DNA of 64,000 nt from Nemertoderma westbladi. Lineage: Eukaryota; Animalia; Xenacoelomorpha. The notes below the pieces were generated by a model. That model was given only the letters and a program-made list of their open reading frames with translations. It searched no databases and was not told the origin of the DNA. The DNA is taken from the NCBI GenBank assembly GCA_032718475.1, contig JAUCBJ010009109.1:1-64000 (forward strand), read 5' to 3'. A program made the position numbers and the translations under genes. Of the stretch, positions 60,401 through 64,000 are shown piece by piece; within the stretch, counting starts at the first letter, position 1, and each line of letters opens with the position of its first letter.

Positions 60401-63133
60401 CAGGTAAGAGTTAGATTTGAGCCCAGTAGCCCAGACAAAGTTTTGACTAAGAGGATTTGCTTATCGACATTGAGTAGACTATTTGACCCGATGAACTTTA
60501 TCAGTCCGGTTATATTACAGGCACGAGCGTGCATGAGGAAAATTTGGTTGTCCGACTTAGAGTGGGACGAACCAATATCTCCTATACATGCAAAGCAGTG
60601 GAGGGAGTGGGAAGCCGAGTTGCATCTATTGAAAAATATAGATGTACCCCGTTCCTACTTTCCGAATCAGCTGGTATTCCCAGCTGATTTAGAGCTGCAT
60701 CTGTTTAGTGACGCAAGTGACACCGGCTTTGGTATGGTAGCCTACCTTCGCCGAGAGGTAAGTCAGGACAAATTTGAGACGGCCTTTGTGACTTCTAGAT
60801 CAAAGACAATGCCGGTCAAATACATGACTGTCCCTCGTGCAGAGTTACAGGCGGCTGTAGTCTCAGTCGAGGTAAGTAAGCAGATAACTGAGGAGTTAGA
60901 CACGACATTGACCTTATTCTATTGGACGGACGCATCCTTGGTGTTAGTATACATTGCGGCCGACAATATTGCACTAAAGACATTTGTGGCCAATAGACGC
61001 GCTCAGATCGTTGACTTTTCGACGAAGGAACAATGGAGACATTGTCCGGGAGTGTTAAACCCGGCCGACATAACTTCGAGAGGTGCAATGCCGGCGGAAT
61101 TCTGTCAGGAAGAGTCGCAGGAGTTTTGGTTGCATGGACCTGATTTTCTAACGAGGACACAGGAACATTGGCCAGAGCGACTAAAGATAGTGACCAATCC
61201 GATGCCTGAAGATGCAGAAGTTAAAGTGGAGAAAGTCTCTAAGTCGAAGTCTAAAGCCAAACTTAAGTCATTGGAGCGGCCTGAAGAGTCATTGGAGCGG
61301 CCTGAAGAGTTATTGGAGCGGCCCGGAGACCTGTCAGACCAACAGACTTACGTGACTACTAGGTCCGGAAGGGTAAGTTATGACATCAAACCACCCTTAC
61401 AGACTAAACCGGAGTCACAATTGGTAAGTGACGGACAGAAAATGACCGACACAATGGAGCCTTTGGTTTCCAAACCTGCGGGTTTGGATTCGAAACTTCC
61501 GTTAATTAGCGGACAACCGTCGCTGGCATTAGAGTCATGCAGTGTTTATGACAAATTACTAAATTCGTCTGCCTCTTGGCTGACAATTTGTAAAAGAACT
61601 GCGTGGTTAAGCCGATACGTTTCGTACCTTTGTATAAAACATTCGAAACATTTGAGAGAACGAACGAGCACCAATAGTGAGCGAATTCGAAAATTGAAAC
61701 AACCTCTGACAGAGGATGAGATTGATCAAGCGGAATTAAAGCATTTGAGATATTATCAAATGTGTGCCTTCCCTAAAGAATTCCATCTATTATCGGCTCA
61801 ACGACCAGTTCTCTATAAACCCCTTAGAAAATGGAGTCCATTAATCCATAAGGGTTTAATTTGTCATAGATCGAGAATCCAGACTGTCGACATAAACTCA
61901 CAGTTTCGGTTCCCAGTGATAATCCCTAGTCACCCAATAGAATTGCAAAGAGCGATTCTATGGGATATACACAAGAGGTTGCATCACGCGGGAAGGTTAC
62001 ACTGTTTGTCGGCAGCGAGACAGCGATTCATTCTATTGAAGCCAAGCAGGGCAGTCGGCACTATGTATGACGCCTGTCTGGTTTGCAAGAGGGTGAACGC
62101 CAGAGTATTGGAACAGGAGATGGCTGAACTCCCGGAAGCGAGAGTGCAGGCATATGACCCACCCTTTACGAACACAGGGGTGGATTGTTTTGGTCCGATT
62201 GAGGCAAAGAGTGGACGGCTGACCCACAAGCGATGGGGTCTGCTACTGACATGTATGGCGAGTAGAGCCATACATATCGAGCGTGTGGCAGACATGTCGA
62301 CCAAATCTCTGCTCCTGGCCTTAAAGAGATTTATGGCCAGGAGAGGACTAGTAAAGGCGTTCTACTCTGACAAGGGTACAAACTTTGTCGGAGGGAATAG
62401 CGAGTTGAACGCGGCTCATAAAGCAGCACAGAATAAGGAAATTTCTGCAGCACTTTTGCCGCAAAGAGTAGAATGGAGATTTAATACTCCAGAGAGTCCT
62501 TGGAGAGGAGGAAGTTGGGAGCGTTTAGTTCGCTCTGTGAAGCAGGCCATTGCCAAAACGTTGCCTGTAAACAAACAACTTACCGACGACGAACTGGTCA
62601 CAGCTTTCATTGAAATCGAGCATACACTAAACTCGAGGCCGATAGCTATGTTACCAGACGGTGTTGCATTAACGCCGAATCATTTGCTAATGCAGAGTCC
62701 AGCATTTCTTGTGCCGGCATCAGAACCCATTAGTGCCGACCTATATAGTCGTAAGAGCTGGAAAATGACTCAATTTGTGGCGTACACATTCTGGGAATAT
62801 TGGCGGGAATACTATCTTCCCACCATATCTACCAGAACAAAGTGGTACAAGACGGTTCGGAGTCTCCAAAGGGGAGATTACGTACTGATAACCGAACCTA
62901 TTGTCAAGAGAAAGTATTGGGAGACTGGAGTGATCTTGCACACACACCCAGACGTGCAAAACATAGTGCGCACAGTCACTGTGAAAATTAGGTGCAAGTG
63001 TCCGCACCCAAAAAAGTGTAAAACTAATGGTTTACACACCTTGGACCGACCGGTCCAAGATATTGTGTTATTAGAGGAGACACGTATCGAGACGGGAGAT
63101 TATAATTTGTCTCCTGCCTCAAAACAGACTTAG
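57440..63133 (+). CDS. pol: BEL/Pao Gag C-terminus + Pol (Zn knuckles, aspartic protease, RT, RNase H, integrase)
   Basis: CQYC..H..C, CWACLAPGHVRRQC, CMECGRLHHKLLH; MLDTAS; TCDIEAMFHQV, FGARDSP, FYMDD; LHLFSDAS, YWTDAS; HH..CLVC, GVDCFGP, YSDKGTNF, GSWERLVRSVK. Confidence 0.96.
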   Translation: MLITSSARAFELAMKTLSDIYGNKTKMAQSIVEDLGKGGRITTPLELLNLANAISNALDILRTVNLPHHGDHAEVLKSVIRRLNMRYRQKWRKLENKLEGQGKVLTLQHIHDMIATDAVAEMKSNFSEENMRESKPVTGKSMVSFDDDRTTVTFNSVDRYNSNTPAFRSDSRVWSGERLDRPRLKQQELPDGFVGCQYCLLKEVRSDDHKLDSCRRFKELNSEQRRVQVRTLDTCWACLAPGHVRRQCPNSKDGCMECGRLHHKLLHADFHTPTDRYLQRNPHRKGSKEPVSIRRNTYTGIRDDGYQPGSSDEDGESSAREVTCQGFTADSSSTSARTYLSSATSEIFSVIPVKLTGDKGSKRIYVMLDTASTLSYIDEEVARAVSSFQDAEEIQIELKSMHGVGDLKGHRISVELDSLLPRDQHTRQERKALPLDGFKCLAMKGFGRQLGKVPPMSPIAQEYFDKLRIPRHQVGYRNVSMLIGAEQLIAHQIWETRPAEPHVNGPHAHRTILGWYTRVPMSYEFTGGDKPMNRYDELQPITQPPLVEPPDIDEFRRTCIDHYSDFSESDEELIPDNVRLSEPLHNDRTDSEPEDYCYQTRGSGSAAHATYLTNVLTYTDIVEGQVAKYRDLDIFQYSEEELQKELIRQDLETGARTAEWLDRDAMEPGGYDLAMSTDEKRSLEMMEDTIRLLPTGHFEVGMLWRRQPPKLENNYNLALKRLNGVRARLLRNPGIREKYCAQINNYFAKGFAGKVEDPDLVTDQTYYLPHHYVTHPDKPDKVRVVNDCAAVYRGMSLNSELMDGPNLNNYLIGILLRFRQRRFAFTCDIEAMFHQVRACKADQDSLRFLWYENEDLSGPVVTYQMYVRIFGARDSPNGTLFVLKKTATAQIGKYPVEVIESILRNFYMDDGLVSKDTAEQAIEVAHCLQECLATGGFPLTKFTTNSEALLESFPVKDRGSGDIELGVEPIPMARVLGLAWNPNSDKFQVRVRFEPSSPDKVLTKRICLSTLSRLFDPMNFISPVILQARACMRKIWLSDLEWDEPISPIHAKQWREWEAELHLLKNIDVPRSYFPNQLVFPADLELHLFSDASDTGFGMVAYLRREVSQDKFETAFVTSRSKTMPVKYMTVPRAELQAAVVSVEVSKQITEELDTTLTLFYWTDASLVLVYIAADNIALKTFVANRRAQIVDFSTKEQWRHCPGVLNPADITSRGAMPAEFCQEESQEFWLHGPDFLTRTQEHWPERLKIVTNPMPEDAEVKVEKVSKSKSKAKLKSLERPEESLERPEELLERPGDLSDQQTYVTTRSGRVSYDIKPPLQTKPESQLVSDGQKMTDTMEPLVSKPAGLDSKLPLISGQPSLALESCSVYDKLLNSSASWLTICKRTAWLSRYVSYLCIKHSKHLRERTSTNSERIRKLKQPLTEDEIDQAELKHLRYYQMCAFPKEFHLLSAQRPVLYKPLRKWSPLIHKGLICHRSRIQTVDINSQFRFPVIIPSHPIELQRAILWDIHKRLHHAGRLHCLSAARQRFILLKPSRAVGTMYDACLVCKRVNARVLEQEMAELPEARVQAYDPPFTNTGVDCFGPIEAKSGRLTHKRWGLLLTCMASRAIHIERVADMSTKSLLLALKRFMARRGLVKAFYSDKGTNFVGGNSELNAAHKAAQNKEISAALLPQRVEWRFNTPESPWRGGSWERLVRSVKQAIAKTLPVNKQLTDDELVTAFIEIEHTLNSRPIAMLPDGVALTPNHLLMQSPAFLVPASEPISADLYSRKSWKMTQFVAYTFWEYWREYYLPTISTRTKWYKTVRSLQRGDYVLITEPIVKRKYWETGVILHTHPDVQNIVRTVTVKIRCKCPHPKKCKTNGLHTLDRPVQDIVLLEETRIETGDYNLSPASKQT

Positions 63134-64000
63134 TGTTAGACGCAACTCACTTCGTATGCATTCCTCGTATGCAAATACAAGGAAATGCATAGGAGCGGGG
63201 TTGTGGTGATTTGCGTTGAGTTTTGTCTGGTGGGTATCAAAACAAAATTTTATTTTCAAAATTTTTTTGGAAAATTAGAAAATTTTAAAAATTAGAAGTG
63301 AACCCAAGACAATTCCAGACGCTGTGTATAGACGCGTTTTAGAATTCGTCTATAGATAAACAGTAATTTGAAAAGTCGTGAAGCCTGGAAAATAGCATTT
63401 AGAAACCATGGTGACGGCTATATTACGTAGGAGTGTAAATTGAGTTTAGCAACTTCCACAGATTGGTGCCAACAGTGCAACTAAGGTGCTAAAGGTTAGT
63501 AGCACCAGAGGCGTGCATGGACCCCACTCAGTAGTTTGCAGGATGTGTGATGTTCGATTATCAAACCTGTGGGTTTGGTATAGTCGAGTATTGTGGCTAT
63601 GGTCCTTTCTAACTACTGTAGTTTAGTAAGAGAAATGGGAGTAGTTTGGGCATCAAAAAGTGAGTTGGTCACGGCCAGTTTATCTCCAAAGTTTTTGCGC
63701 TATGCATGGGAATAGGTTAGAGGATAGTTAGTTAGGAAGAGACGGGATCTAGAGAGTCGAACCTGAACTGCTGGAAGGCGGGGGGTTCGGGAGGTCTGTC
63801 CTTCGGCGGCATCTAACTGATTTACCCACAGTGTAGTTGGTTACGTAACGGCACTTATTGGGATATATATATGTATATACGCGTAACATAATGGAGAGGG
63901 ATATTAGAGCGCAACCGCGCAGAGGATTTACTGCCAGAGAGGAGGCGGAGCTACCATTCGCGCGACCAGGATGTAAAGATTCGAACGTTTACTACCATGG

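Larger units (their letters stand above)
51338..64000 (+). mobile_element. BEL/Pao LTR retrotransposon (5' LTR start visible; 3' LTR beyond window)
   Basis: Abrupt TGTT start in mid satellite unit; TATA-like ctataaat at ~51869; domain order gag-CCHC-PR-RT-RNaseH-IN with Pao-type motifs. Confidence 0.93.

Noticed and set aside
55664-63007. Short antisense or alternative-frame ORFs within the retrotransposon; env gene
   Set aside because: Shadow ORFs of gag-pol; no ORF of env size after 63133 within the window.

Overview
Eukaryotic (animal) genomic DNA with GT-AG spliced genes. About 80% of the first 51 kb consists of a dozen unrelated tandem-repeat arrays (units 13-73 bp) lying mostly in introns. 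The very long ORFs in the ORF track between 1 and 51 kb are artefacts of stop-free repeat units. Real genes reconstructed by hand: (1) a complete 5-exon + strand gene (4228-22021, 252 aa) for a type I single-pass membrane protein with signal peptide, two six-cysteine modules and a Pro-rich tail with two PPxY motifs (Shisa/WBP1/VOPP1/CYYR1-like architecture); (2) the last five exons of a - strand MAGI-family multi-PDZ scaffold gene (25958-33182), whose upstream exons must lie beyond the window; (3) a possible - strand exon at 3848-3967. A BEL/Pao LTR retrotransposon (51338 to beyond 64000; gag-PR-RT-RNaseH-IN with one frameshift) starts abruptly within a 48-bp satellite unit. A foldback/MITE-like inverted repeat lies at about 22660-23345. 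The two most notable observations: several arrays are built from the host exon end plus its 5' splice site, so the donor is repeated 14-60 times inside its own intron; and a compact tRNA-like Pol III unit (A box, B box, T-run) carries a minimal hammerhead ribozyme fold in place of the anticodon arm (21449-21556).
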